From: an uncultured Alphaproteobacteria bacterium
Lineage (GTDB): Bacteria; Pseudomonadota; Alphaproteobacteria; CAAHEQ01; UBA3637
DNA: 41,293 bases
Direction: 5' to 3'
Assembly: GCA_944390205.1 (NCBI GenBank)
Contig: CALXPF010000003.1
Location: forward strand, 1 to 41,293
In this document: positions 8,033-17,270 of the stretch, piece after piece
Position numbering within the stretch: position 1 is the stretch's first letter
Layout: each line of letters opens with the position of its first letter
Position numbers and translations under genes: made by a program
Notes under the pieces: model-generated
Database searches by the model: none
Seen by the model: only the letters and a program-made list of their open reading frames with translations
What the model was told of the DNA's origin: nothing

Positions 8033-11000
8033 AGCAAATTTTCCCCATAGGTGAAACAAAAACCTTCCTCGCTTTATAGGTTTGCAAAGAGCTCCCAGAA
8101 GCTACCCATGACTTTGTATCATGATCTTCCTTTGCAATATTATGTGGCGTCAAAGATACAATTCCGTTCCCCATCTTTTTTACCCGAAACAAAACATCTA
8201 CTTCTTGTATTAGATTCTTTTGATCGAATTTTTCGCGAACATATTCGACAATCCCCTTGGGGAAGCTCTCCTGGAATGCCTGAGCTCTCGTAAATGTAGC
8301 CATAACCATGTCATTACGACGCAAACACATCACCCGTTTAGCATTTGGATATTTATATCGCCAATAAGAAATCTCCTCTCCCCGTGATTGACGAATGGTG
8401 GCATTATAGTTCGAAACAATCTCTATTTTCCACTTCCCCTGATCATTTGTCGGAACACCTGCAATTTTATTTTGAGGATTGATTTGATACACATCCGCAC
8501 AATAATTTCTTCCACTAATAAACCATTTAAAAGCTTTTTGAGCAGTTAAACGCAACTTCTGAATTGATTCTAATTCTTGTTCGGCCATCATTTGTTTTTG
8601 TTGCTTTTGTTCTTTCCCCTGCGCTTTCATACTCGAAGCTTTTTTGTTTAATATAAACCACTCCTTATAAGCATCATAATATGCTTGTTTATCCTGTTTA
8701 TCATAAAACATCGGAACATAATCAATGATCTTAATATTTTTTCTATCCTTTTTCTGCTTAAAAACAGCTGTTAATCCATTCGCATCCACAAAGCATTGCA
8801 ATCCATATGCAGTATCTTCATGCAACTGACCAATCGTAGATTCTTTTGCTGCAATATCCTTAAGATTTGGTTTATGTGAAATATTTATTTTCTTAACTTT
8901 TGTCAACAATTCAGTGATGTTAAGTGTAGACGGCATCTTAAAATATTCATTAACAAGAGCATTCGTACGATCCTTTTCAAAATCTTTAATTTCTTTTTTC
9001 AATTTCTTTTTTTCTTCTATAGAAATTTTTTCATCTTTCAGTAACGGAAATTTGTCTTTAAATTCATCTTTCACGCTTTTTTTTATAGCCCTCAACATTT
9101 CAGCGACATGTGCTAGCTGATTCCGTTCAACCATAGAAACGATGATCGCATCAATTGCATGATGATTGTGAAACGTTCTATATAACTCCTGTTCCTCTTT
9201 GTTTTTATATAAATTCAACCCCCAGGCCTTTCTGATAAGAGATGTTAACGCTCCAACAACAGATAAAACCGTTTGTTTGCCATCCTCTCTTACAATCGGT
9301 TGCAAATAAGAATAAAGCAATCGAGTCATATATCGCGTATCATTCAAAGAACGGGCTATCAGACTTGGCTTATTTTCAAAAATTTCTATCGCATTTTTAG
9401 AAAATCGCCATTGCTGTTCTATTGGTAATTTCTTTGACCTTTTAACAATTTCTTCCCAATTATACCCTCCGGGACTATTGCCAAAAGCCTCAAAAGGGGT
9501 ACAATTTCTCTTAAACCTATTAGCCTCTACATAAGCCAATACTTTATTATCCAAAGAATCATCCAAACTTCTCGAAAAAGGAATTAAATGTTCAATCTGT
9601 ATATTTTGACCATTTATCAAATCGGAAACCGAAATAGGCTTTCCAGTAAACGGACACTCTTTTCTAAGAGGCTCCTTCGAATAACTACCCAATCTTTTCC
9701 AAATCTTATATTTTGTGATATCATATTTTGTATAATTTCTATCTCCGCATTTTAATTTTAGCTCTTCCTTAATTTTTTGATTCTCTTTCTCATTAGCTTC
9801 CCGAATCTTTGTCATATTTTGACGTTCTTTTGCGGAGGCAGGCAAATCTCTTGCATACTCTATCGCAATATCAAAGGGGCGCCCATATTTTTGAATTATT
9901 TCATTAACAAGATGCCGAATTTGATTCAAAGCAACATGAACGGTTGCATTATTGATTTTACCATATTGTTCCTCTGGTGTTCTTGGATTTTTCTTTTTCC
10001 CTAAACAATTTTGAGATAATATCTCTCCATAATATGGCAAAAAATCTAAATGTTCTCTACTCAGAGTAGGATAAAGTTCCTGACAGGCATCCGAATACAT
10101 AATACCATTTTTCATCAATCCCAAAATCTTACGAATCGCTTTTTCTGAAAGTGAACCAAAATCCGGTTCGAAATCAATCTCAAACAAAACCTCTTGCGCA
10201 GCTTCAACAGAAAGATGAAATTCATTCATAAGATATTCTAAAATTAAATTATTTTCATCCTCAATAGAAATTCTTGTCTTCGGATATTCAATGTATGTAT
10301 GGGGCCTTGCAAGAACATTTATAAGCTTACCACGTTGGGTTTCATCCATATCTTTCCAATATGAAAAAAAATAATGAGATTTATTAATAGCAAATTGTGT
10401 AGTATTAACCAACAGCCCCTTCTCTGATGCCAACTCTTTATTATTTTGATCCTCAAATTTATTATTTTTTCCCTCAAGATTAAATGATCCAAACTTATCC
10501 AGACCCAATTCTTTTTTTATACGCTTATATGTGATAATTCCGGTTTTATCCGTTTTTACTGAAACAGGATTTTGTAAAAGCTCAACCAAACGAAAACTAG
10601 CCTGCTTATCAAAAGCTTTTTCATCTGAAAACTTCAAATTAGTGATATTTTGCCAAATTCTGAATTCTTGAAATAAAGGATGAGCACGAGGAATTCTCTT
10701 TTCTCCTTTTTCAAACAAACATTCCCCTTCATCTGCTTCCTTCAACGGGCGTTGAAAAAAGATAACATTTTTAATTTTATGATAATTTTCATCCGAAAGA
10801 ATATTAAAATAAGACTTATCCTTCCAATATTCTTTTTGTTTTTCCCAAATGGTATCAAACTCATTTATATAAAGCTCCCTAAATGGGAAAAGCCCCCCTT
10901 GATACTTTCCATTTTCATCAAAAAGATCACTCAACCGAATCTTTTGATTATTTTCCAATTGTTTGGCGAGAAACTCTCCATAAGTCCGAGCTTTATTTTC

Positions 11001-11453
11001 TTCCATCGCCGACAATAAAGTTTCATAACCACCTTTTAACTTTCCTCCTTCTTTTTTGTCCTCTTTTCGATTAGAAAGAAAACCTTTCCGTTTTGATAAG
11101 TGCATAAATACCCGACCCAATTCAAAAGGAGACAGTGCTCTATCTAAAGCTGCCTTACGCAAAATATATGGATTTTTATTTTTTAATGCCTCCTTTTCCT
11201 CTTTTTCTGTTGGCATCAAATTAAGTCTCGTTAAAATACTTAACAACTCTGATATTTTTATATGTCTCCGATGAGTTAATCTACGAGATCCACGAGCCTT
11301 CCGCCGCTTAACACAGAGAGAGGCCTTGCTTTTATCTTCACGTCCATCGTCAAAAATTCTAACACCAAAATCAATTAATTTTTGATTATCCAGATCAAAA
11401 AGAGACCATCCAATAGACGTAGCACCCATATCAAGACCTATTCTATATTTCAT
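8013..11453 (-). CDS. cas9: Type II-C Cas9, 1146 aa, catalytic motifs intact
   Basis: RuvC-I GLDMGATSIGW, Arg-rich bridge helix, RuvC-II IAIEYARD, HNH IEHLIPFSRSLDDSLDNKVL..N..K, RuvC-III HHAIDA; no csn2/cas4 in the operon. Confidence 0.97.
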   Translation of the reverse strand: MKYRIGLDMGATSIGWSLFDLDNQKLIDFGVRIFDDGREDKSKASLCVKRRKARGSRRLTHRRHIKISELLSILTRLNLMPTEKEEKEALKNKNPYILRKAALDRALSPFELGRVFMHLSKRKGFLSNRKEDKKEGGKLKGGYETLLSAMEENKARTYGEFLAKQLENNQKIRLSDLFDENGKYQGGLFPFRELYINEFDTIWEKQKEYWKDKSYFNILSDENYHKIKNVIFFQRPLKEADEGECLFEKGEKRIPRAHPLFQEFRIWQNITNLKFSDEKAFDKQASFRLVELLQNPVSVKTDKTGIITYKRIKKELGLDKFGSFNLEGKNNKFEDQNNKELASEKGLLVNTTQFAINKSHYFFSYWKDMDETQRGKLINVLARPHTYIEYPKTRISIEDENNLILEYLMNEFHLSVEAAQEVLFEIDFEPDFGSLSEKAIRKILGLMKNGIMYSDACQELYPTLSREHLDFLPYYGEILSQNCLGKKKNPRTPEEQYGKINNATVHVALNQIRHLVNEIIQKYGRPFDIAIEYARDLPASAKERQNMTKIREANEKENQKIKEELKLKCGDRNYTKYDITKYKIWKRLGSYSKEPLRKECPFTGKPISVSDLINGQNIQIEHLIPFSRSLDDSLDNKVLAYVEANRFKRNCTPFEAFGNSPGGYNWEEIVKRSKKLPIEQQWRFSKNAIEIFENKPSLIARSLNDTRYMTRLLYSYLQPIVREDGKQTVLSVVGALTSLIRKAWGLNLYKNKEEQELYRTFHNHHAIDAIIVSMVERNQLAHVAEMLRAIKKSVKDEFKDKFPLLKDEKISIEEKKKLKKEIKDFEKDRTNALVNEYFKMPSTLNITELLTKVKKINISHKPNLKDIAAKESTIGQLHEDTAYGLQCFVDANGLTAVFKQKKDRKNIKIIDYVPMFYDKQDKQAYYDAYKEWFILNKKASSMKAQGKEQKQQKQMMAEQELESIQKLRLTAQKAFKWFISGRNYCADVYQINPQNKIAGVPTNDQGKWKIEIVSNYNATIRQSRGEEISYWRYKYPNAKRVMCLRRNDMVMATFTRAQAFQESFPKGIVEYVREKFDQKNLIQEVDVLFRVKKMGNGIVSLTPHNIAKEDHDTKSWVASGSSLQTYKARKVFVSPMGKICYGKQNC

Positions 11454-11496
11454 TACTTCCTCCCATGCGTTATTAGATAAAAATACTATTTTGATA

Positions 11497-11525
11497 AATA
11501 TATTATATTTTTATCTAAAAAACAA
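11497..11525 (-). promoter_or_regulatory. Probable cas9 operon promoter, back-to-back with the tracrRNA promoter
   Basis: minus strand TTGTTT(11525-11520)-17 nt-TATATT(11502-11497); RBS GGGAGG just upstream of ATG 11453. Confidence 0.4.
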
Positions 11526-11554
11526 GTTGACATTTTAATAATAATATCCTATAT
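11526..11554 (+). promoter_or_regulatory. tracrRNA promoter
   Basis: GTTGAC(A)-N17-CTATAT, resembling the alphaproteobacterial RpoD consensus CTTGAC-N17-CTATAT. Confidence 0.65.
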
Positions 11555-11559
11555 ATGTA

Positions 11560-11664
11560 GTATCGAATAAGTTTCGTAGCATATTGGTTTTAGATGTCAG
11601 GTCGCTAATAAGAAATTTATTTCGATATTAAACCCGACTACTTTGGTAGGCGGGTTTTCTTTTT
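11560..11664 (+). ncRNA. tracrRNA
   Basis: Anti-repeat 11576-11605 matches the repeat reverse complement at 28/30; short nexus-like hairpin GAAAT-TT-ATTTC; terminator AAACCCG..CGGGTTT plus T-run (11630-11664); ends are estimates. Confidence 0.92.
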
Positions 11665-11708
11665 AATCTCTCAAACGGTTCCAAAAAAAATCTCATTTTA
11701 CAAAATGT

Positions 11709-11737
11709 TTGTCAAAAACAGAAAAATATGATATAAT
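11709..11737 (+). promoter_or_regulatory. Strong sigma70-type promoter for the orphan gene
   Basis: TTGTCA-17 nt-TATAAT with TG extended -10. Confidence 0.65.
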
Positions 11738-11774
11738 CCCATTTACAATCGTTTATGATAAAAGGAAAAGAAAA

Positions 11775-12245
11775 ATGACCGGCAAACCTGTTGACCATAA
11801 AATTCGAAGAGAAAGCTCTCAAAAATTAGCTCCTTATTTTGGAGAATATATGAAAAAAACATTCGACACTCTTCCCAAAAGTGCTCAAGAGGCCGACATG
11901 CGTCAAGCTTATATGTGTGGAGAATACCAACCTCAACACACGCAACGGGCGGATACCGTTCCACTGCTTCCCCCAAAAAAATTTATTCACACAAAAAAAG
12001 AAGAACCGGCTCAACCGAAAACAGCGCCCCATGACAATTCAATCCCCCAAACAAGGGGTTCTCATGACACCTCAACAACGTTAAAGCAAATTTTGGTCGG
12101 ACTTTGTCTCATGGGAAGCGCTTTGATTCTTGGATGGTGTTCCTCCAACAACAGGCAGAGCTCTCAACAGTCCGTAAGAGCTCAAAAAATATCATCGCAT
12201 AACGATGTTAAGCCAACCCAACTCCATCAGCGGTCCCTCCCGTAG
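11775..12245 (+). CDS. Hypothetical single-pass membrane protein (156 aa)
   Basis: ATG 11775 with AAAGGA RBS and own promoter; Pro/Gln/Thr-rich linker; one hydrophobic helix ILVGLCLMGSALILGW. Confidence 0.7.
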   Translation: MTGKPVDHKIRRESSQKLAPYFGEYMKKTFDTLPKSAQEADMRQAYMCGEYQPQHTQRADTVPLLPPKKFIHTKKEEPAQPKTAPHDNSIPQTRGSHDTSTTLKQILVGLCLMGSALILGWCSSNNRQSSQQSVRAQKISSHNDVKPTQLHQRSLP

Positions 12246-12520
12246 AATAAAAAATATTCCTGCCCGATCCAATAAAGATTTTGAAGGCTTTTAAAGGAAT
12301 TGTCCGCCGGTCACAAGGACGGCCCACCAACCGCTCTAAAAACGGGGATGTCATATTTTGAAAGCTCCTTGTTCTTACTTTAAAGCTCTTTTTAAAATAT
12401 TGCCGAAAACGTATTTTATGTTAAAGCGATTATTCCGTCTCAAAAATCAAATAATATTTGACTTTTAGAGAGATGTTTTATATCCTCTTTTCAATTATTT
12501 TTTTGTGATAGGAGAAATCA

Positions 12521-15025
12521 ATGGCAGAATATAATCATATTGAAATTGAAAACAAATGGAAAAAGTACTGGGATCAAAACAAAACCTTTAAAACAGAAAT
12601 AGATAAAAACAAGCCCAAATACTATGTCTTGGATATGTTCCCCTATCCGTCAGGCGCCGGCCTTCATGTCGGTCATGCCGAAAATTATACGATTTCGGAT
12701 ATTATGGCTCGCTATAAAAGAATGAACGGTTTTAATGTTCTTCACCCAATGGGGTGGGACGCTTTCGGTCTTCCGGCCGAACGATATGCCGAAAAAACAG
12801 GAATGCACCCTGCCGATGTCGTGAAACAAAATGTTAATACATTTCGAGATCAACTGAAATCTATCGGTCTGTCTTATGATTGGGATCGAGAAATCAATAC
12901 AACCGATCCGTCCTATTACAAGTGGACTCAATATATTTTTAAAATCTTGTTCGACAGAGGCTTGGCATACGAGGTGATTACCCCCGTTAATTGGTGTCCC
13001 AAATTGGGAACCGTTCTGGCCAATGAAGAAGTGAAAGACGGGAAATACGTTGAAACCGGTGATGAAGTTATTCGAAAGCCTCTTCGTCAATGGATGTTAA
13101 AAATTACGGCTTACGCCGAACGGCTCTTACAGGGATTGGATAAACTGGATTGGCCCGAAAGTATTAAAACAATGCAACGGGAATGGATCGGAAAATCAAC
13201 AGGTGCCGATATTGTCTTTAAAGTTGCCGGACAAAACGCCGAATTTACGGTTTATACAACACGTCCCGACACTTTGTTCGGAGCCACCTATTGTGTATTG
13301 GCACCCGAACATGCTCTGGTTAAGGAAATAACAACACCGGAGCATAAGGCCAAAGTCGATGCTTATGTCGAAGCAGCGTCCAAAAAGTCCGCTCAAGATC
13401 GCTTAGCTGATGTTAAAGATAAAACAGGAGCCTTTACGGGAGCTTACGCCATCAATCCATTGAATGGGAAAGAAATTCCGATTTATATTGCCGACTATGT
13501 TTTGGGAGATTACGGGTACGGTGCCATTATGGCTGTTCCGGCTCATGATCAACGGGACTATGACTTTGCCAAAAAGTTTGGTATTCCCATGATACAAGTC
13601 ATTGAAGGCGGTGATATTTCCAAAGAAGCCTTTGAAGGAGACGGGGCGTTGATTAACTCCGACTTTTTAAACGGCCTCCATGTCGCCGAATCAAAAAAGA
13701 AGATGATTGAATATGCGGAAAAGAACGGCTTTGGAAAAGGAACTGTCAATTATAAATTAAGAGACTGGCTCTTTGCCAGACAACGCTATTGGGGAGAACC
13801 GTTCCCGATTATTCATTGTGAAGATGGAACAATCAAGTCTTTGCCCTTAAAAGATTTGCCCGTTTTATTGCCTCCTATGGCAGAATTCAGACCAACGGCC
13901 GATGGGGAACCGCCCTTGGCTCGATGCACGGAATGGCTCAAAACAACCGATCCCGAAACAGGAAAACCGGCTCTTCGAGAAACAAACACCATGCCCCAAT
14001 GGGCCGGAAGTTCTTGGTACTTCCTCCGTTTTTGTGATCCGCATAATGATTCTGCTTTTGTCAGCAAAGAAGCTGATGAATATTGGATGCCGGTGGATTT
14101 GTATGTCGGTGGTGTCGAACATGCCGTTTTACATCTTCTCTATGCTCGTTTTTGGCAAAAAGTTCTGTTTGATGCCGGTCTCGTTTCAACGGATGAACCG
14201 TTTAAAAGATTGGTCAATCAAGGCATGGTGTTAGCCTATTCTTATCAGGATGATAACGGAAAGTATTATTATCCAAAACAGGTTGAACGCCGTGGAAATG
14301 ATTGGTATGTCAAAGAAACAGACATTAAAGTGAACACGCAGGTCGAAAAAATGAGTAAATCTCGTTATAACGTTGTCAATCCGGATGATGTGGAAACTGA
14401 GTTCGGTGCCGACTCCATGCGTCTTTATTTGATGTTTATGGGTCCGATCGATGCCGAAAAACCGTGGACATCCGATGGAATTAACGGGGTCAATCGGTTT
14501 GTAAAACGTGTCTGGAACATCTTTGAAACACCCGAAAAAATTCAAGAGACCGGAGATCCCGAATTGACAAAAATCATGCATAAAACAATTAAAGGGGTCA
14601 CGGAAGATATGGAAAGAATGACATTTAACACAGCCATCTCCAAAATGATGGAAATGGTCAATGCCATTTATAAGTCAGAAAAGCCGATTGCCAAAAAAGA
14701 TATGGAGAGTTTTGTAAAATTACTCTCTCCTCTTGCCCCGTTTGTTGCGGAAGAGCTCTGGGAAAAGTTGGGACATACGGAAACAATCACGTATGCGCCG
14801 TGGCCAACCTATGATGAATCGCTTTTGGTCAAAAACGATATGGAAATTGTTGTCCAGATCTTAGGAAAGAAAAGAGCCTCTCTGATTGTTCCGGTTGACA
14901 GCACTCAAGATGAAATCCTAAAATCAGCTCAACAAGAACCACGCATTCAAGAGCTTTTGAAGGGGAAAGAAATCATCAAGGTGATCTATGTCCCTGGTCG
15001 GTTGATGAATATCGTCATTAAATAA
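12521..15025 (+). CDS. leuS: Leucine-tRNA ligase
   Basis: [14 protein letters not shown] (HIGH), TTRPDTLFG editing domain, [18 protein letters not shown]. Confidence 0.98.
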   Translation: MAEYNHIEIENKWKKYWDQNKTFKTEIDKNKPKYYVLDMFPYPSGAGLHVGHAENYTISDIMARYKRMNGFNVLHPMGWDAFGLPAERYAEKTGMHPADVVKQNVNTFRDQLKSIGLSYDWDREINTTDPSYYKWTQYIFKILFDRGLAYEVITPVNWCPKLGTVLANEEVKDGKYVETGDEVIRKPLRQWMLKITAYAERLLQGLDKLDWPESIKTMQREWIGKSTGADIVFKVAGQNAEFTVYTTRPDTLFGATYCVLAPEHALVKEITTPEHKAKVDAYVEAASKKSAQDRLADVKDKTGAFTGAYAINPLNGKEIPIYIADYVLGDYGYGAIMAVPAHDQRDYDFAKKFGIPMIQVIEGGDISKEAFEGDGALINSDFLNGLHVAESKKKMIEYAEKNGFGKGTVNYKLRDWLFARQRYWGEPFPIIHCEDGTIKSLPLKDLPVLLPPMAEFRPTADGEPPLARCTEWLKTTDPETGKPALRETNTMPQWAGSSWYFLRFCDPHNDSAFVSKEADEYWMPVDLYVGGVEHAVLHLLYARFWQKVLFDAGLVSTDEPFKRLVNQGMVLAYSYQDDNGKYYYPKQVERRGNDWYVKETDIKVNTQVEKMSKSRYNVVNPDDVETEFGADSMRLYLMFMGPIDAEKPWTSDGINGVNRFVKRVWNIFETPEKIQETGDPELTKIMHKTIKGVTEDMERMTFNTAISKMMEMVNAIYKSEKPIAKKDMESFVKLLSPLAPFVAEELWEKLGHTETITYAPWPTYDESLLVKNDMEIVVQILGKKRASLIVPVDSTQDEILKSAQQEPRIQELLKGKEIIKVIYVPGRLMNIVIK

Positions 15026-15037
15026 AAAAGTCACAAT

Positions 15038-15075
15038 AAAAAAACAGGAAAAGATTGTTCTTTTCCTGTTTTTTT
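15038..15075. terminator. Intrinsic terminator after leuS
   Basis: AAAAAAACAGGAAAAGA-TTGT-TCTTTTCCTGTTTTTTT perfect hairpin. Confidence 0.85.
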
Positions 15076-15277
15076 GTATGGTGAACAAGGTCCGGACAGG
15101 CATGAATTTATAAAAAAACAATAAAAAACCTGCTTCAAAAAAAACAACCAAAAAAGTTCAATCTATCAATACTCCTTTTTCAAAAAATTTAAATATAATT
15201 TATTGAAAAAAACAAAAACAATGTATACATATATATGAATACATTATTGCTCAGTCTAAAAAATAAACGGAGGTCGA

Positions 15278-15913
15278 ATGAAAGTTTTATTAGTAAACGG
15301 TTCTCCGCATCCCAAAGGATGCACCTATACGGCTTTAAAAGAAATTGCCGATCAACTAAAAAAAGAAGGCATAGATTCGGAAATCTACCAAATCGGAACA
15401 AAGCCCATTCAGCCGTGCATGGGTTGTTATGCTTGTAAAAAGCTGGGAAAATGTGTGGTTGATGATCAAGTAAACTCATTTGTAAATATGGCAGAAGACT
15501 TTGATGGTTTTATCTTTGGATCCCCTGTTCATTATGCTTCTGCCTCCGGTGTTATCGTCCCCTTTTTGGATCGTGTTTTCTTTGTCGCAGCCTCTTGCGG
15601 ACGACAAATCTTTCGTCATAAACCGGGGGCGGCCGTTGTCAGCGCCAGACGAGCCGGCACGACTGCCACCTTGGATCAACTCAACAAGTATTTCCAAATA
15701 TCGGAAATGCCCGTCATTTCCGGTCGCTATTGGAATATGATTCACGGATCCAACCCCGCAGAGGCTCTTCAAGATAAAGAGGGAATGCAAAATATGCGGA
15801 TTTTAGCCAAAAATATGGCTTATTATCTAAAATGTCAACAAGTGGCGCAAAAGCAAGGAATTCTCCCTCCGGATCCGGAACCCGTCGAATGGACTAACTT
15901 TATTCGGGCCTAA
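15278..15913 (+). CDS. Flavodoxin family / iron-sulfur flavoprotein (NADPH-dependent FMN reductase fold)
   Basis: VLLVNGSPH..GCT, CxxCxxCxxxxxC cluster, GSPVHYA, SARRAG. Confidence 0.88.
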   Translation: MKVLLVNGSPHPKGCTYTALKEIADQLKKEGIDSEIYQIGTKPIQPCMGCYACKKLGKCVVDDQVNSFVNMAEDFDGFIFGSPVHYASASGVIVPFLDRVFFVAASCGRQIFRHKPGAAVVSARRAGTTATLDQLNKYFQISEMPVISGRYWNMIHGSNPAEALQDKEGMQNMRILAKNMAYYLKCQQVAQKQGILPPDPEPVEWTNFIRA

Positions 15914-16095
15914 AAACAAGAATGAAACATTTTGTTTTTAATCTGATTTTTGTTTTTTATAAATCAATTTGACTGAACCAATCGTGATAATAGAGGCCCG
16001 ATAAAGGATTCTTCGGCATTAAAAATGTGTTGACAAGAGATGGACTTTTGTCAATATTCAGATGAGGAGTATATTTCGTATAAGGAGAACATGAC

Positions 16096-17118
16096 ATGAA
16101 AATCGTGATTTTAATTATTTCAATCTTAACTCTGATTATGTTGGTTTTGACCGGATATTATTATTTAACTTGTCGATGGGATAAAACGTTTCCGCCGAGT
16201 GATCAGGTTTCTGTCAAAAAAGTCTCCTTTAAAAACCGATACGGGATTCAACTCGTCGGCGATCTTTATATTCCCAAAGGAGCTCGAGGGAAATTACCGG
16301 CAATTGCCGTATCCGGCCCCTTTGGCGCCGTTAAAGAACAATCTTCCGGTCTCTATGCTCAAACAATGGCCGAAAAAGGGTTCATTACATTAGCGTTTGA
16401 TCCGTCTTATACCGGAGAAAGTTCCGGAAATCCACGCCTTGTCGCCTCTCCGGACATCAATACGGAAGACATCAGCGCCGCAGTCGACTTTTTAAGCACA
16501 TATCCCCTTGTCGACCCCGAACGAATTGGCGTTATCGGGATTTGCGGATTTGGTGGCTTTGCCCTTAATGCCGCCGCCATGGACACGCGCATTAAAGCAA
16601 CCGTCACCTCAACAATGTATGATATGAGCCGTGTCAATGCAAACGGATATTTTGACAGCATGACACCCGAGGATCGCTATGCCCTTAAAAAGAAACTCAA
16701 TGAGCAAAGGACAAAAGATTTTGAACAGGGAACCTATGCTAAAGAAGCCGGTCTTCCCGATCAATTAACCGGAAAGGAGCCTCAATTTGTCCAAGACTAT
16801 TTTGGATACTACAAAACCAAAAGAGGGTACCATAAACGCTCCAAAAATTCAAATACGGGCTGGAATATGACATATGCTCTCTCATTTATCAATATGCCGA
16901 TTTTGTCTTATAGCCACGAGATTAAAACACCCGTCCTTATGATTCACGGAGAAAAAGCCCATAGCCGTTATTTTAGCGAAGATGCCTTCAAAAAATTAAC
17001 GGGAACAAACAAGGAATTACTGATTATTCCGGGGGCAAATCACGTGGATTTATACGATCAAAAAGACAAAATTCCTTTTGATAAAATAACCCAATTTTTT
17101 AAAACAAATTTAAAATAA
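16096..17118 (+). CDS. Alpha/beta hydrolase (YcjY-like) with N-terminal signal or anchor
   Basis: GPFGAVKEQ, AFDPSYTGESSG, GICGFGG nucleophile elbow (Cys), HVDLYD. Confidence 0.88.
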   Translation: MKIVILIISILTLIMLVLTGYYYLTCRWDKTFPPSDQVSVKKVSFKNRYGIQLVGDLYIPKGARGKLPAIAVSGPFGAVKEQSSGLYAQTMAEKGFITLAFDPSYTGESSGNPRLVASPDINTEDISAAVDFLSTYPLVDPERIGVIGICGFGGFALNAAAMDTRIKATVTSTMYDMSRVNANGYFDSMTPEDRYALKKKLNEQRTKDFEQGTYAKEAGLPDQLTGKEPQFVQDYFGYYKTKRGYHKRSKNSNTGWNMTYALSFINMPILSYSHEIKTPVLMIHGEKAHSRYFSEDAFKKLTGTNKELLIIPGANHVDLYDQKDKIPFDKITQFFKTNLK

Positions 17119-17127
17119 AAATTTTTG

Positions 17128-17168
17128 CATAAAAAAGAGACAAGAAACACTCTTGCCTCTTTTTTATG
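17128..17168. terminator. Intrinsic terminator
   Basis: CATAAAAAAGAGACAAGA-AACAC-TCTTGCCTCTTTTTTATG hairpin with one mismatch. Confidence 0.75.
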
Positions 17169-17270
17169 AAGAATCTTCTTGCTGGTAAAATTTTCTATTT
17201 TTTGATAAAATTAAAAAATACGAAATAAATAAATTAATAAAAAAACAAAAAAATTAAAAGAAACAAAATC

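Noticed and set aside
8013-11453. Nuclease-dead or transposon-associated Cas9
   Set aside because: RuvC D/E/H-D and HNH residues are present; no transposase genes are nearby
12246-12520. T-box or ncRNA upstream of leuS
   Set aside because: No T-box motif; a plausible promoter (TTGACT-17-TATCCT, 12458-12486) sits close to the start, leaving no room for a leader
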